A stretch of 64,000 nucleotides of DNA. It comes from Candidatus Latescibacterota bacterium. Its GTDB lineage: Bacteria; Latescibacterota; UBA2968; GCA-2709665. This document shows, piece after piece, positions 1 to 8,944 of the stretch (the stretch's first letter is position 1; every line of letters starts with the position of its first letter). Both the position numbers and the translations under genes were made by a program. The DNA lies in assembly GCA_965116875.1 (NCBI GenBank), contig OZ220733.1, positions 5,312,001 to 5,376,000 on the forward strand, given 5' to 3'. The notes below the pieces were generated by a model, which ran no database searches, was not told where the DNA came from, and saw only the letters and a list, made by a program, of their open reading frames with translations.

Positions 1-245
1 ACCGCCACCAGTTCCACGACCTTCACAACGGACATGCTCAAGGATGACCCGCTCAACGTCACGCCGTCGCCGGTGTTTCCCCGTGCGATCATCGCGTAGT
101 GGCTGCCGTAGGCATCCGTATAGTCACACGTCTCTGCGCGGGACGATCCGGTTAGCGTTTGCATCATCCACGCCGGCAGGCCGTGTGTGAAGTTGACCTC
201 CTCGACTTCCGCGTGATAGGTCGTGCGAAGCAATCTTCGGTTCAT
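1..245 (-). CDS. hypothetical protein, partial (runs off window start)
   Basis: ATG at 245 preceded by GGGGGAAG; open frame MNRRLLRTTYHAEVEEVNFTHGLPAW... to the window edge. Confidence 0.55.
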   Translation of the reverse strand, partial: MNRRLLRTTYHAEVEEVNFTHGLPAWMMQTLTGSSRAETCDYTDAYGSHYAMIARGNTGDGVTLSGSSLSMSVVKVVELVA

Positions 246-300
246 GGTTCTTCCCCCTGCATCCATATGTTCGATTCAACTCAGTCCTGATTTTCTTCGA

Positions 301-1212
301 CTACTTCCACTCGATCACCGCGGCGTTGATTCCACCGCACAGAAGATAGAGCTTGTCCTCGTGAAACACCGGAAACGGCCAGTGGCCGGATTCGAGCACA
401 CACCCCATATCCTCGTACGGACCGGTCACGTCCGAGCCCTCGGAAAGCGCGCCGGAAAGTCCGCGATCATCATTGAACAGCATCAGCCATCGGTCCCACA
501 GCCGGACGAGAATGGATGCGAACGGCCCCCGGCTGCCCGGCATATTTCCCAGCAGGGGCTTTTTCGACAGTCGCCAGTGGATCCCGTCCACGCTCATCGC
601 CAGGCCGGCCACGGTCGTCACGCCGTTCGCCTGCGCGTTCCATCCGAGTCCGTTGCCCTGAAACGTCCCGATGAACATGGGGCCGTCCTTCACCACCCGG
701 ACGTAACTCACGCTCTGACCGTACCAGTGGTTCTTCAGGTTCGGGTGCGTTGTCATTATGGGGAATACCTTCTGCTTGAAATGCACGCCGTCCCTCGACG
801 TCGCCAGCGCCGTCGGCTGCCTGCCGGTTGTGTGGACGCCATGGAAGTACATGTAGACCTCTCCGTTGTGCATGACGACCGACGGTGAGGAAATGTGCTT
901 CGTGAACGACGTCGCCGAAAGTTCCAGAACGGCATTCTGCCAGGTCCATGGACCCAGCGGGTGCGCCGCCGTCGCGAGCCAGATCTCCGAACCGTCGTGA
1001 GTCGCCACGTACGCATAGTACGCATCGATAGGATCCGGAAGCACGCCCGTCGTCGGCAATACCGAGATATACGTCGCGTCCTGACCGGCGAATTCCTGGT
1101 CGTCCGTCGCCGTCAGCACCGGATTTCCCTCGTACTGCACCGCCTTCGGCAGATGGAACGACATCTGGCCCGCGGCGCCGGCCGCCGTGAACTCCAATGG
1201 AAAGGTCTTCAT
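301..1212 (-). CDS. five-bladed beta-propeller glycoside hydrolase-like protein (GH43/32/68 clan-like)
   Basis: ORF track 301..1248; better start at ATG 1212 after GAAGGAGG; repeated blade motifs SSPSVV..YMYFHG, ATSRDGVHF, AMSVDGIHW. Confidence 0.6.
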   Translation of the reverse strand: MKTFPLEFTAAGAAGQMSFHLPKAVQYEGNPVLTATDDQEFAGQDATYISVLPTTGVLPDPIDAYYAYVATHDGSEIWLATAAHPLGPWTWQNAVLELSATSFTKHISSPSVVMHNGEVYMYFHGVHTTGRQPTALATSRDGVHFKQKVFPIMTTHPNLKNHWYGQSVSYVRVVKDGPMFIGTFQGNGLGWNAQANGVTTVAGLAMSVDGIHWRLSKKPLLGNMPGSRGPFASILVRLWDRWLMLFNDDRGLSGALSEGSDVTGPYEDMGCVLESGHWPFPVFHEDKLYLLCGGINAAVIEWK

Positions 1213-1244
1213 TCTGCCTCCTTCACTGTATACGTTGTATACAC

Positions 1245-1898
1245 TCAATTGCCTTCAATGGCAACAAATAGCAGCCGGTCGACCAAATCCTGGCATGAAT
1301 CATAGATCTCACAGTCCGCGCCGTCAAATCGAAACCTGTCCTGGTGCCCCCGCAATACGACAATGGGACGGCAGCCCACGGCGCGGGCCACCTCCACGTC
1401 GTGGTCCGTGTCGCCTATGAACAACGTTCCGGATGGATCGAGATCGAAATCCGCAATCAGACTGCGGCACCTCCGCTCCTTCGACGCAGCCAATCGATCG
1501 GAGAGCCCGTACACACCCTTGAATCGATCCTGAATACCGTGAATACGCACCCACGAGGCGACCATTTCTTCTTCGGCAGCCGACAGGACGAACTGATCTA
1601 CTCCATGTCTTTCAAAGAACTCGAGCGCCTCCGCGATCCCCGGATTGAGTGAACACGTTCCGATGCCAGCCTGGTATACGCTGTGGAATTCATCGGAAAT
1701 GTCTCGTTGTGCTTCCCTGTTCAGATCGAATCCGAGTTGACGGTAGTAATCGGATACGGGAAACCGGAAGATCTGTCGATGTGTCGCGTTGTCGACCGTC
1801 GGCAGTTCTCTTCTGCGCAACAGTTCGTTCATCGAGCGTGTCGCCAGTTCCACGTCGTTCAGAATGGTGCCGTTGAAGTCCCAAATGACTGATTTCAT
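1245..1898 (-). CDS. HAD family hydrolase (phosphoglycolate phosphatase-like)
   Basis: VIWDFNGT motif I, VLSA motif II, FIGDTDHD motif IV. Confidence 0.85.
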   Translation of the reverse strand: MKSVIWDFNGTILNDVELATRSMNELLRRRELPTVDNATHRQIFRFPVSDYYRQLGFDLNREAQRDISDEFHSVYQAGIGTCSLNPGIAEALEFFERHGVDQFVLSAAEEEMVASWVRIHGIQDRFKGVYGLSDRLAASKERRCRSLIADFDLDPSGTLFIGDTDHDVEVARAVGCRPIVVLRGHQDRFRFDGADCEIYDSCQDLVDRLLFVAIEGN

Positions 1899-2048
1899 TG
1901 CACTTTTGCAAATAACGCACGCCCACCAAGAATACATCCGCTCATGGAACATAATCCCCGCCAGCCGACCGCTCCAACGGGGATTCTCGTACGTACCGAT
2001 TTCAACTGAATTTGACGGACTTCATTGTCCGGACCAACGCTTCAGATG

Positions 2049-2282
2049 TCAGTCATCACCAACGTCGTCTGAATGCGCCGGATTGTTTTCTCTGGTCACC
2101 CGTATCAGGAATCGTAATGCCTCGTTAACGGAATCAGCGTCCGGAAACACTTCAGCAACATCAGGTTCCAACTGCACGACGAATCTGCCAAAGCCCTCTC
2201 GCCCCGGACCCACCTTCCTCACCCGCAGGTTCTTCAAGTCATACTCCGCCCGCATTTCATCCTGCATAGGTACCCTATCCAT
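2049..2282 (-). CDS. small BrnA-like antitoxin-type protein (orphan)
   Basis: DEMRAEYD...VQLEPDVAEVFPDADSVNEALRFLI resembles the small partner found downstream of BrnT toxins; a short BrnT-like C-terminal remnant overlaps its start. Confidence 0.6.
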   Translation of the reverse strand: MDRVPMQDEMRAEYDLKNLRVRKVGPGREGFGRFVVQLEPDVAEVFPDADSVNEALRFLIRVTRENNPAHSDDVGDD

Positions 2283-2367
2283 TTTCAAATACGTCTCTCT
2301 TTCGCAGGGCTTTCGTCAATCCACCTAACCCACGTTCGACGCTATTCCCCCGCAAAATGAGAAGCCA

Positions 2368-2544
2368 TCATCCGGAAGCTTTGGGCTTCATGCCGTCGGC
2401 TTGCTTCGGAAACGTAAGCCTTCCTTTATGTCTCTTCTCTTTCTCGCGAAGTCGTTCTACAATCTGGCGAATATCGTGGTTGCACTCTTTGGCGATCTGC
2501 CTTCGAACCGCGTGAATTTCTTCAACGATCGGGTCCTTCCACAT
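2368..2544 (-). CDS. 58-aa protein MWKDPIVEEIHAVRRQIAKECNHDI..., putative TA-associated partner
   Basis: Below ORF-track cutoff; ATG 2544 with GAAGGAG RBS, TGA at 2368; DPIVEE(I/V)H..R motif is typical of small proteins next to PIN toxins. Confidence 0.6.
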   Translation of the reverse strand: MWKDPIVEEIHAVRRQIAKECNHDIRQIVERLREKEKRHKGRLTFPKQADGMKPKASG

Positions 2545-3242
2545 GATTACGCTCCTTCAGGGACTTCCGATATTTCCTGGTCGCATTCCGCACTTAATAC
2601 ACAATGCCAATATAGATTATTGGCTCTCCCGGTGCAAGGTATTCGAGAGTTCGAAAGTTGATACCTTCAGGAATGTCGCCCGACCGACGAGTTCCAAATC
2701 AGACGCCGCTGTGGGAACGCCTGTGGTTTTGAAGGGCGTCGACGATGCACTGCTGTCCAAGAACCGCGGGATTCCTGGAGATGACGTTCGAAAAGTGGAT
2801 TCCTTTCGCGATTATGGACGGCTTTGACCTCGACAACGAAAACCGGGTTGCCATGGGTTCGCGTCTGTTGCAGGGCTTCTCATTCTGAACGGAGTCGAAG
2901 CATCGTTCGCCGCTTCCGTACCGCGCTGGAGTCGGACGTGCTGCCTCTAGGGCGTCGCCATGTGCAGATCGCGGGGGATGATCCCATGCCGCAGTAGATC
3001 CTTCGTCGGCCTGGGGCTTTCTCTACATGAGAAACTGGTCTCAGGCGAAACGGATGCGATTCCTGGACGTCGCACCCAGGCCTCCTCTGGATGACAGTGG
3101 GAAGCAACGTGCTCGGCTATCAGCCAGCATGTCATTCAGAGCGGAGCGAAGATCTGGCCGGTTCATTTCGCCAATGGTTATTGCAAGTCATGTCATTCGG
3201 AGCGTAGCGAAGAATCTCCCGTCTACTATGTTAAAAGTCAAG

Positions 3243-3630
3243 AGAGAACGACAATTTGTCGGCCTCAGATGCTGGGGTTACTCTGCCATTGTTCGTACCG
3301 ATGCGACGCGTTCATTCCGACACGCTCGACGAGCGTGTCGGAATGAACGAAACAGACGTCATTAAGCCTTGAATGGGTTCCCTGCCACACGACAGCAGTA
3401 GGGACCGGGCGTACGGTGTTCTCTTTTGGATGGCCTCAGATGCTCGGTCAACGCTACCAGTCTACTATTCGTAGTCGCCATTTGCAGGCGCTAACATGCC
3501 ATTTATCCGGAGCCGTGCGAGAGCTGGGGGCGAGCAAACTTCATCGACGTAGTACCTGACGGTCTACAAGACGGGAGGCGCCGTCCCCCGTGCTCCACGA
3601 TCAAGAGCGGTGTGGGCGCAGGCATCTGAT
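3243..3630 (-). ncRNA. putative bridge/seek RNA region of the IS110 element
   Basis: ~400-nt non-coding region downstream of the transposase; 3568-3577 reads CTCCCGTCTT on the minus strand, identical to the reconstructed target, inside a GGGGG/CCCCC-closed internal loop; RNA boundaries inferred. Confidence 0.7.
3309..3349. repeat. perfect 20-bp-arm palindrome
   Basis: CGTTCATTCCGACACGCTCG-A-CGAGCGTGTCGGAATGAACG. Confidence 0.95.
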
Positions 3631-3642
3631 GTGACCGGGTGT

Positions 3643-4713
3643 TCAGCCGGCAAAGAGTCCCAACTGATAGGGCTCTCCATTCAGCAAGATCCTGCGCATG
3701 CGGCAAAGCAGGGATCTGGCAACTCCGACGATGGCGTGTTTACCACCGGCACGAACCCTGATGCGTTCATATTTTTCCTGCATCGCGGGATCTTTCTCGA
3801 TCAGGCGCCAGGCCGCCTGGATGAGTAACGCACGCACCATCGGTTTCCCCTGGCGGGTGATACGCCCGTGCCTCACATGCTCTCCCGACGAGTGCTGGCC
3901 GGGCGTCAGCCCCACGTAGGCCGCCAGCGTCCGTGCGTTTTTGAAGCGCGCCACATCCTGCAGCTCCAGGAGGATCTCCATGGCCGACAGGCATCCCACG
4001 CCCGGGATCGACGTCAGGATGGCCACGCGGTCCCGATACGCATCTGTTTCCGCAAGCTGCCACAGCATCCTCGTCTGGCGATGCACCTGCTCACACAGGT
4101 CAGCGTATTGCTCCAGCATGTTCTCGAAGCTCTCCTGCGCATACGGATCTTCCAGATGCACATCGCCAAGTGCGGTCACGAACTTGCCAGACCACCGCCC
4201 TGTCGATTCTTCGGGCATGTCGATCCCCATATACCGCAACTCGGCCTTGATCCGTAGTTGCACACGCACCCGATCCTTGATGAACTGCCGGCGGCGACGA
4301 CTCACCTGGCGGTGGGATCGCTCTTGAGGCGTTGGCACATAGATCGATGACAAGAGGTCCTTCCTCAGATAATCCGCCAGCTTGAAGCTGTCGATGCGAT
4401 CCGTCTTGACCAGGTTCCCACTCTGGCTCGGGATCAGGCTCGGCGGCGTCACACAAGCATCCACACCCATATCGACGAGAAAATCGTACAGCCCGAACCC
4501 GAAATAACCCGCTTCATACACCGCACAGATCTTCTTCGCTTCGCCGTACCGACTCAACAGCTTATCGATCGCCTCTGTTGTGCCTGCGATGCGATTGGAG
4601 AACAGTCGCAAACCATCCTCGTTGAGAATGGTGATGTGCCACTGCTTCCGATGCATGTCGATGCCCACGAAAAGATCCTTGCCCCGCCACGCTTCAACGG
4701 TATACCTTGCCAT
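3643..4713 (-). CDS. IS110 family transposase/recombinase
   Basis: DEDD RuvC-like motifs FVGIDMH, VYEAG, KTDRIDS; C-terminal SIPGVG...AYVGLTPGQHSSG; ATG 4713 with AAGGAGG. Confidence 0.95.
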   Translation of the reverse strand: MARYTVEAWRGKDLFVGIDMHRKQWHITILNEDGLRLFSNRIAGTTEAIDKLLSRYGEAKKICAVYEAGYFGFGLYDFLVDMGVDACVTPPSLIPSQSGNLVKTDRIDSFKLADYLRKDLLSSIYVPTPQERSHRQVSRRRRQFIKDRVRVQLRIKAELRYMGIDMPEESTGRWSGKFVTALGDVHLEDPYAQESFENMLEQYADLCEQVHRQTRMLWQLAETDAYRDRVAILTSIPGVGCLSAMEILLELQDVARFKNARTLAAYVGLTPGQHSSGEHVRHGRITRQGKPMVRALLIQAAWRLIEKDPAMQEKYERIRVRAGGKHAIVGVARSLLCRMRRILLNGEPYQLGLFAG

Positions 4714-5047
4714 CACGAGCCTCCTTGTGAAAGTGTTTGTTGTGGACAACGGCAAAGTATACTCTCACAAGCTGAGGCTCAACTTCATTTTAACATAGTG
4801 ACTTCTGGCTCGTACGTGTAGCATATGGCCTTCATAGACAAATTCGTGCGCGGACGCTCTGCCAGACTTTCCGCCACCTCTCTATAACATTCGGCCGAAA
4901 GTGTAAAGGCCACATTTCGCCAATGGTTGTGGGCGAATTTTCCATCCGTATATTTCGCACACTTTCGCATCTTTCGTTGGTAACCACACCCGCTTTTGGA
5001 CAGGTGTGTCGACGATGAAAGATGCATTGTAAACAGTAGGCAATAAC

Positions 5048-6403
5048 TCATCTCACTCGAATCATCAATTCGCCGAGGACCTCCAGGCCTTTCTTAAGAA
5101 TTGGTTCTTCCGTTTCGCTCACCGCTTCCGTCATCGGATCGACGGGTACGGAAGGCGTATACGCGCTTCTTGACGACCCGACGAACTCCTGAGACGCCGG
5201 GTCACCCTTCAGGGTCCCGTTGAAGATCTTCTGTCTGGTGCACTGAAATCCGATTCCTGTATTCGGCATCCGCATCGTGTAGACCGAACCCTCCAGTCCC
5301 GCCATCTTCGTTCCCACGACAGTTGCTCGATCCAGTGCGTCCAGACTGATCGTCAGACCCTCGCCCGCGCTTCCCGTCCAGCGGTTCACCAGAATCACCA
5401 GAGGTCGTTCGTACTGCCATTCTCCTCTCGGTCTCACCCGGCTTAGAAACGGCGCTCCGTTGCGAGGCACGGTTCGCTGATAGACCCGTTCCCGGTCGAT
5501 CAGGCGCCCGATGATTCCCTCGACGACCCCCGTATTGCCCCCGCCGGCTTTGCGCAGATCGAGAATCAATCCGGCAGTGTGGCGCAACGCTTCGAGTGCG
5601 ACATCGAAATCCTCCAGGAGTTGACGGCCCGTCAGGGTTCCATTGATGACGACGTATCCGATTTGGTGATCCAGAATCCGGAAATCGAGATTCGATTGGT
5701 ATTCTGATCTGTACGCGACATCAAATTGATCGGGCGGAATGGTGACCGGTCTGGTCTCGCCTCGGTCGCTGAACTCGATTATCCTGGTCTCGTTCCGATA
5801 TCCCGCCAGCACCTTTCTCAGCGTCCAACCCCTAATCTCGTCGCCGGCCTGGACAAAGGAACGCCCCATCCGCTTATGAACGGCGTCTTCGATCGGCATT
5901 CCATTGAAACGAAGGACCTCCATCCCGGGATGCAGACCGGCGGCATCGGCGGGAAATCCCGGTCGGATTCCCGTTACGATTGCCCTGCCGCCAATCCATT
6001 CCGCCCAGACGTCCGTCCGCGAAGGCGCGATGTTCGGAGAAGATGCCGTATGCGTGTTCAAATGAACGTGGTCGTCGTACAGCTCCTCCAAGACCCTCTC
6101 CAGCTGTGCGATGAATTCCGATTTCGTCGAAATCGTTCGGATCTGAGGCCGGTATATCTCTCTGACTCGATCCCAGTCGGTCCGCTTTTCGTCAAAATAC
6201 GCATAGTCCGCACGGAACGTCTCCCACAGAAAATCGAAGTCCTCTTCGTACTGTTGTGAAGTCAGGTCGTTCTGCGCGAACGCGATCGAACAACTCAGGG
6301 AATTGAACGTCAACAGCACGCAGAAGAGGAATACAAGGAGCATCGATTCCGGTCCGGTGTCATGTTCCAGGTGCGCACCCTCGATACCGCGGATCCCTTG
6401 CAC
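5048..6403 (-). CDS. S41 family peptidase with PDZ-like domain
   Basis: LILDLRKAGGG, WTGSAGE, VVGTKMAG motifs; signal-peptide-like segment from Met at 6343 (likely true start). Confidence 0.85.
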   Translation of the reverse strand: MQGIRGIEGAHLEHDTGPESMLLVFLFCVLLTFNSLSCSIAFAQNDLTSQQYEEDFDFLWETFRADYAYFDEKRTDWDRVREIYRPQIRTISTKSEFIAQLERVLEELYDDHVHLNTHTASSPNIAPSRTDVWAEWIGGRAIVTGIRPGFPADAAGLHPGMEVLRFNGMPIEDAVHKRMGRSFVQAGDEIRGWTLRKVLAGYRNETRIIEFSDRGETRPVTIPPDQFDVAYRSEYQSNLDFRILDHQIGYVVINGTLTGRQLLEDFDVALEALRHTAGLILDLRKAGGGNTGVVEGIIGRLIDRERVYQRTVPRNGAPFLSRVRPRGEWQYERPLVILVNRWTGSAGEGLTISLDALDRATVVGTKMAGLEGSVYTMRMPNTGIGFQCTRQKIFNGTLKGDPASQEFVGSSRSAYTPSVPVDPMTEAVSETEEPILKKGLEVLGELMIRVR

Positions 6404-6423
6404 CGGCTCGTCACTGGCCGCGT

Positions 6424-7032
6424 TCAGAGAATCTCACTGCCGAAGTCCGCGTACGTCCCCGCGGCCGAGAGCCGGATCGGGATTTCGGGGCGGTCGAGCT
6501 CGGTAGCGATGGAATCCAGCGCAGCGAAATCGGGGATGGTCCAGACGGCCAGGCCGCCAGGTTCTGGCGCCAGCTTCCCGATTCTCTGTACGAGAAGATT
6601 GAGCGTAAAATCAGGATGTCGTTCCGCACGGTTTTCGAAGAAGCTTCGGACTGCATCCGTGGTGTCCTGGGCGCTGAAAAATTCGGCGTAGTACGTGCCA
6701 TTGCGGGCCGGGACCGGTTCGAGCAGCGGTTCGTAGCAGCCGGCGACGTCGATCCGGGCGACCTGAAAGAACGGCTGTTCCAGATCGTCCGCCTCGCCGC
6801 TGCGAAAGATCCGGTCCCACCCGTCGATCCTATCGAGGCCGGCGTCCCGCGTGTGCCAGACGGTCATGTAACCAGGTTGGGGACCCAGTCGCCACGTGCG
6901 GCCGAGGGACAGAACCAGTTCGTCCTCATAGCCGCTATCCCATCCCTCCTGCCCCTGTGCGGCCCGCGCGCGGAACGTCTCCGGATCGATGCCTGGCAGA
7001 CGGCTGATGTATTCAATGTAGACGAGTCCCAT
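6424..7032 (-). CDS. hypothetical protein (two similar halves, possible dimeric alpha/beta barrel)
   Basis: 202-aa ORF with RBS; halves share GRTWRLGPQPG / QRIGKLAPEPG. Confidence 0.65.
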   Translation of the reverse strand: MGLVYIEYISRLPGIDPETFRARAAQGQEGWDSGYEDELVLSLGRTWRLGPQPGYMTVWHTRDAGLDRIDGWDRIFRSGEADDLEQPFFQVARIDVAGCYEPLLEPVPARNGTYYAEFFSAQDTTDAVRSFFENRAERHPDFTLNLLVQRIGKLAPEPGGLAVWTIPDFAALDSIATELDRPEIPIRLSAAGTYADFGSEIL

Positions 7033-7053
7033 CTTGTGTTCCTTCCTGCTGTA

Positions 7054-8115
7054 TCAGGCTCCTTCGACAGCGACCTCATGTCCACATGACGCCGAGGCGT
7101 AGAGTGCGTCCATGAGCCGCTGGATTCGAACGATCTCGCTGCCGGAAACGGGAGACGTCTCACCCTGACGGACGGCGCCCAGAAATTCGTTGATCAACTG
7201 CCGCATATCGTAGTCGCAAGGCTTCAGGCTGGGAATCTCCTCCCCCCGCCACGATCGTCCGTCGTCGGTCCGGATTCCAAGCGGCGAGACGGACGCGCTG
7301 CCCCGGTCTCCATGAAAGGCCCAACCCTCGTTTCTGTCAGAGGGTCCCTGAAAAAAATCTCCCTCCACGGTCAGAATGGTGTCTCCGGACAGCCGGATAA
7401 AGCCTGCGCCGAAGTCTTCGAAATCCGGGTCGAGCGGAGTTGGATCGACGTCGTCTGCCGGGGGTCCGGCCAGCGGCGGGCATACGGACGCCCTCTGATG
7501 GCGGAATGCGCTGGCGGTCAGCGGTTCGGGGTTGCCAAGAAGCCAAAGTACAAGGTCCAGGTTGTGGATCGTCCAATGCGCCAGTACGCCACCGCCGCAC
7601 GATCCGCGCGAACCGTACGCGATCGCCGGCCGGCCGTACGCGCACCCTCCCCACGTCCGGACGGCGTGTACGTGACCCAGGACACCCTCTGCGATTCGGT
7701 CTCTCAGGTACCGTGACTCATCCCAGGTCCGGTATTCGAAGCAGATACTCAGGAGCCGGTTGCGTGTCTCGGCGGCGCGGACCATGTCCCGGGCCTCGCC
7801 CGTGTCCATCGCCACGGGCTTCTCGCACAGGACGTGACATCCCGCCTCCAGGCACATCACCGCGAGGTCCCGATGACTTGAAGGCAGCGTTGCGATACTG
7901 ACGACGTCGGGCTCTGTCTTTTCAAGCATCGCGTCGGCGTCCTGAAATCCGGCGACTTCAAACTGCCTGCTGGCCTGCGCCATCCGTTCGGGCACCAGAT
8001 CGCATACGCCCACGAGCGAGCAGACCCCGGCATCCGCTGCCTCCCTGTAGGCCGGAAGATGTTGCGAGGTCGCGATCTGACCGCACCCGATCACGGCGAC
8101 TTTCGTCGGACTCAT
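7054..8115 (-). CDS. Gfo/Idh/MocA family oxidoreductase
   Basis: VAVIGCGQIA Rossmann motif; HVLCEKP. Confidence 0.9.
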   Translation of the reverse strand: MSPTKVAVIGCGQIATSQHLPAYREAADAGVCSLVGVCDLVPERMAQASRQFEVAGFQDADAMLEKTEPDVVSIATLPSSHRDLAVMCLEAGCHVLCEKPVAMDTGEARDMVRAAETRNRLLSICFEYRTWDESRYLRDRIAEGVLGHVHAVRTWGGCAYGRPAIAYGSRGSCGGGVLAHWTIHNLDLVLWLLGNPEPLTASAFRHQRASVCPPLAGPPADDVDPTPLDPDFEDFGAGFIRLSGDTILTVEGDFFQGPSDRNEGWAFHGDRGSASVSPLGIRTDDGRSWRGEEIPSLKPCDYDMRQLINEFLGAVRQGETSPVSGSEIVRIQRLMDALYASASCGHEVAVEGA

Positions 8116-8307
8116 AAGGCCCTCGCGGAAGACGGTACATGAAATGCGGGGAGACGGTAGAGGGAAGACGGGAGAAGAAACCCTTGCCGGGTTTGTTTTT
8201 CCTCCTTGCCTTCGGCTCGAGAAGAAACCTCACATGGCAGGCAATCTCTCCCGTCTCCCGTCTTGCGTCTACCCGCCTTTCGCTGAAGGCTGATCGCTGT
8301 TTCTGGC

Positions 8308-8853
8308 TCAGTTCAGAAGCACTGTACCCTGGACACGGAGGATTTCGCACGCAGTGAAACTGCCCTCATCATACGTCAACCTGACCCCCTCGCAGTAATT
8401 GCAGGATGGCCCCCACGATTCGTGGTCCGCATCGGGCATGCAACCGACCGCGCTGGCTTCGATAAATCCTCCGTGAGAGATAATCAGCGCCCGGCCTCCG
8501 TCCGGGAGCGACCGGGCTATATTGACGTGAAACGCGGCCAGTTCTCTGGCGAAATTGGCAACGACGCTGGACGGATGTTGGTGAATCGTTGCGGAGAATC
8601 CTCCAAACCCAACATCGAAAGAGATTTCCGCGTTTGAGGGCATGGAAGCGAGAAGTTCAATCTGACGGTCGACCGCATAGCCCATGGCGATGCCGGTTTC
8701 GAACGCGCGGGGAATGGTACTCGTGTACACTCTGTCGAATGCCGACATCCCCTCCCCCACCCGTCTGGCGAGGTCTACGCCGGCTTGCGATAGATGCTGA
8801 CCGGGTTTCGTTCTCATTGAGTGTCGTCGATGTTCAATGAATCTAACGGGCAT
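8308..8853 (-). CDS. histidine phosphatase (phosphoglycerate mutase-like) family protein
   Basis: RRHS catalytic motif, YTSTIPRAFET, LIISHGG. Confidence 0.8.
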   Translation of the reverse strand: MPVRFIEHRRHSMRTKPGQHLSQAGVDLARRVGEGMSAFDRVYTSTIPRAFETGIAMGYAVDRQIELLASMPSNAEISFDVGFGGFSATIHQHPSSVVANFARELAAFHVNIARSLPDGGRALIISHGGFIEASAVGCMPDADHESWGPSCNYCEGVRLTYDEGSFTACEILRVQGTVLLN

Positions 8854-8892
8854 GTGAGTTACCTCAACGGAGTGACGAATTTATGGGTCTCT

Positions 8893-8921
8893 ATCCTGTC
8901 CATCCTGTGTATCCATGTAAA
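8893..8921. repeat. short intergenic ATCCTGT-type repeat (second copy 57374-57402)
   Basis: ATCCTGTCCATCCTGTGTATCCATGTAA vs ATCCTGTCTATCCTGTCCATCCATGTAA. Confidence 0.6.
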
Positions 8922-8944
8922 TTCCCGCGTTATGTACAATGGGC

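Larger units (their letters stand above)
3223..4803 (-). mobile_element. IS110-family (IS1111-type) insertion sequence
   Basis: CT core at 3223-3224 and 4802-4803; 12-bp IR ACTATGTTAAAA (3225-3236) / TTTTAACATAGT (4788-4799); removing the element restores colinearity with sister MITE copies. Confidence 0.9.
2748..5008 (+). mobile_element. MITE family 1 copy A (~682 bp without the nested IS)
   Basis: Ends CACTGCTGTCCAAG / TTTTGGACAGGTGTG are imperfect TIRs; perfect 9-bp TSD TCGACGATG at 2739-2747 and 5009-5017; homologous to copies at 26352, 35975, 38570 and 59698. Confidence 0.85.

Noticed and set aside
3391-3399. 9-nt match (ACTGCTGTC on the minus strand) between the IS110 ncRNA region and the MITE left TIR
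   Set aside because: It lies in a hairpin rather than a guide-like loop, and 9-mer matches between sequences of these lengths are expected by chance
4785-5051. Small ORFs within MITE family 1 copies (also 2880-3135, 26226-26938, 36080-36590, 38666-39304)
   Set aside because: Frames are not conserved between homologous copies; non-coding repeat DNA
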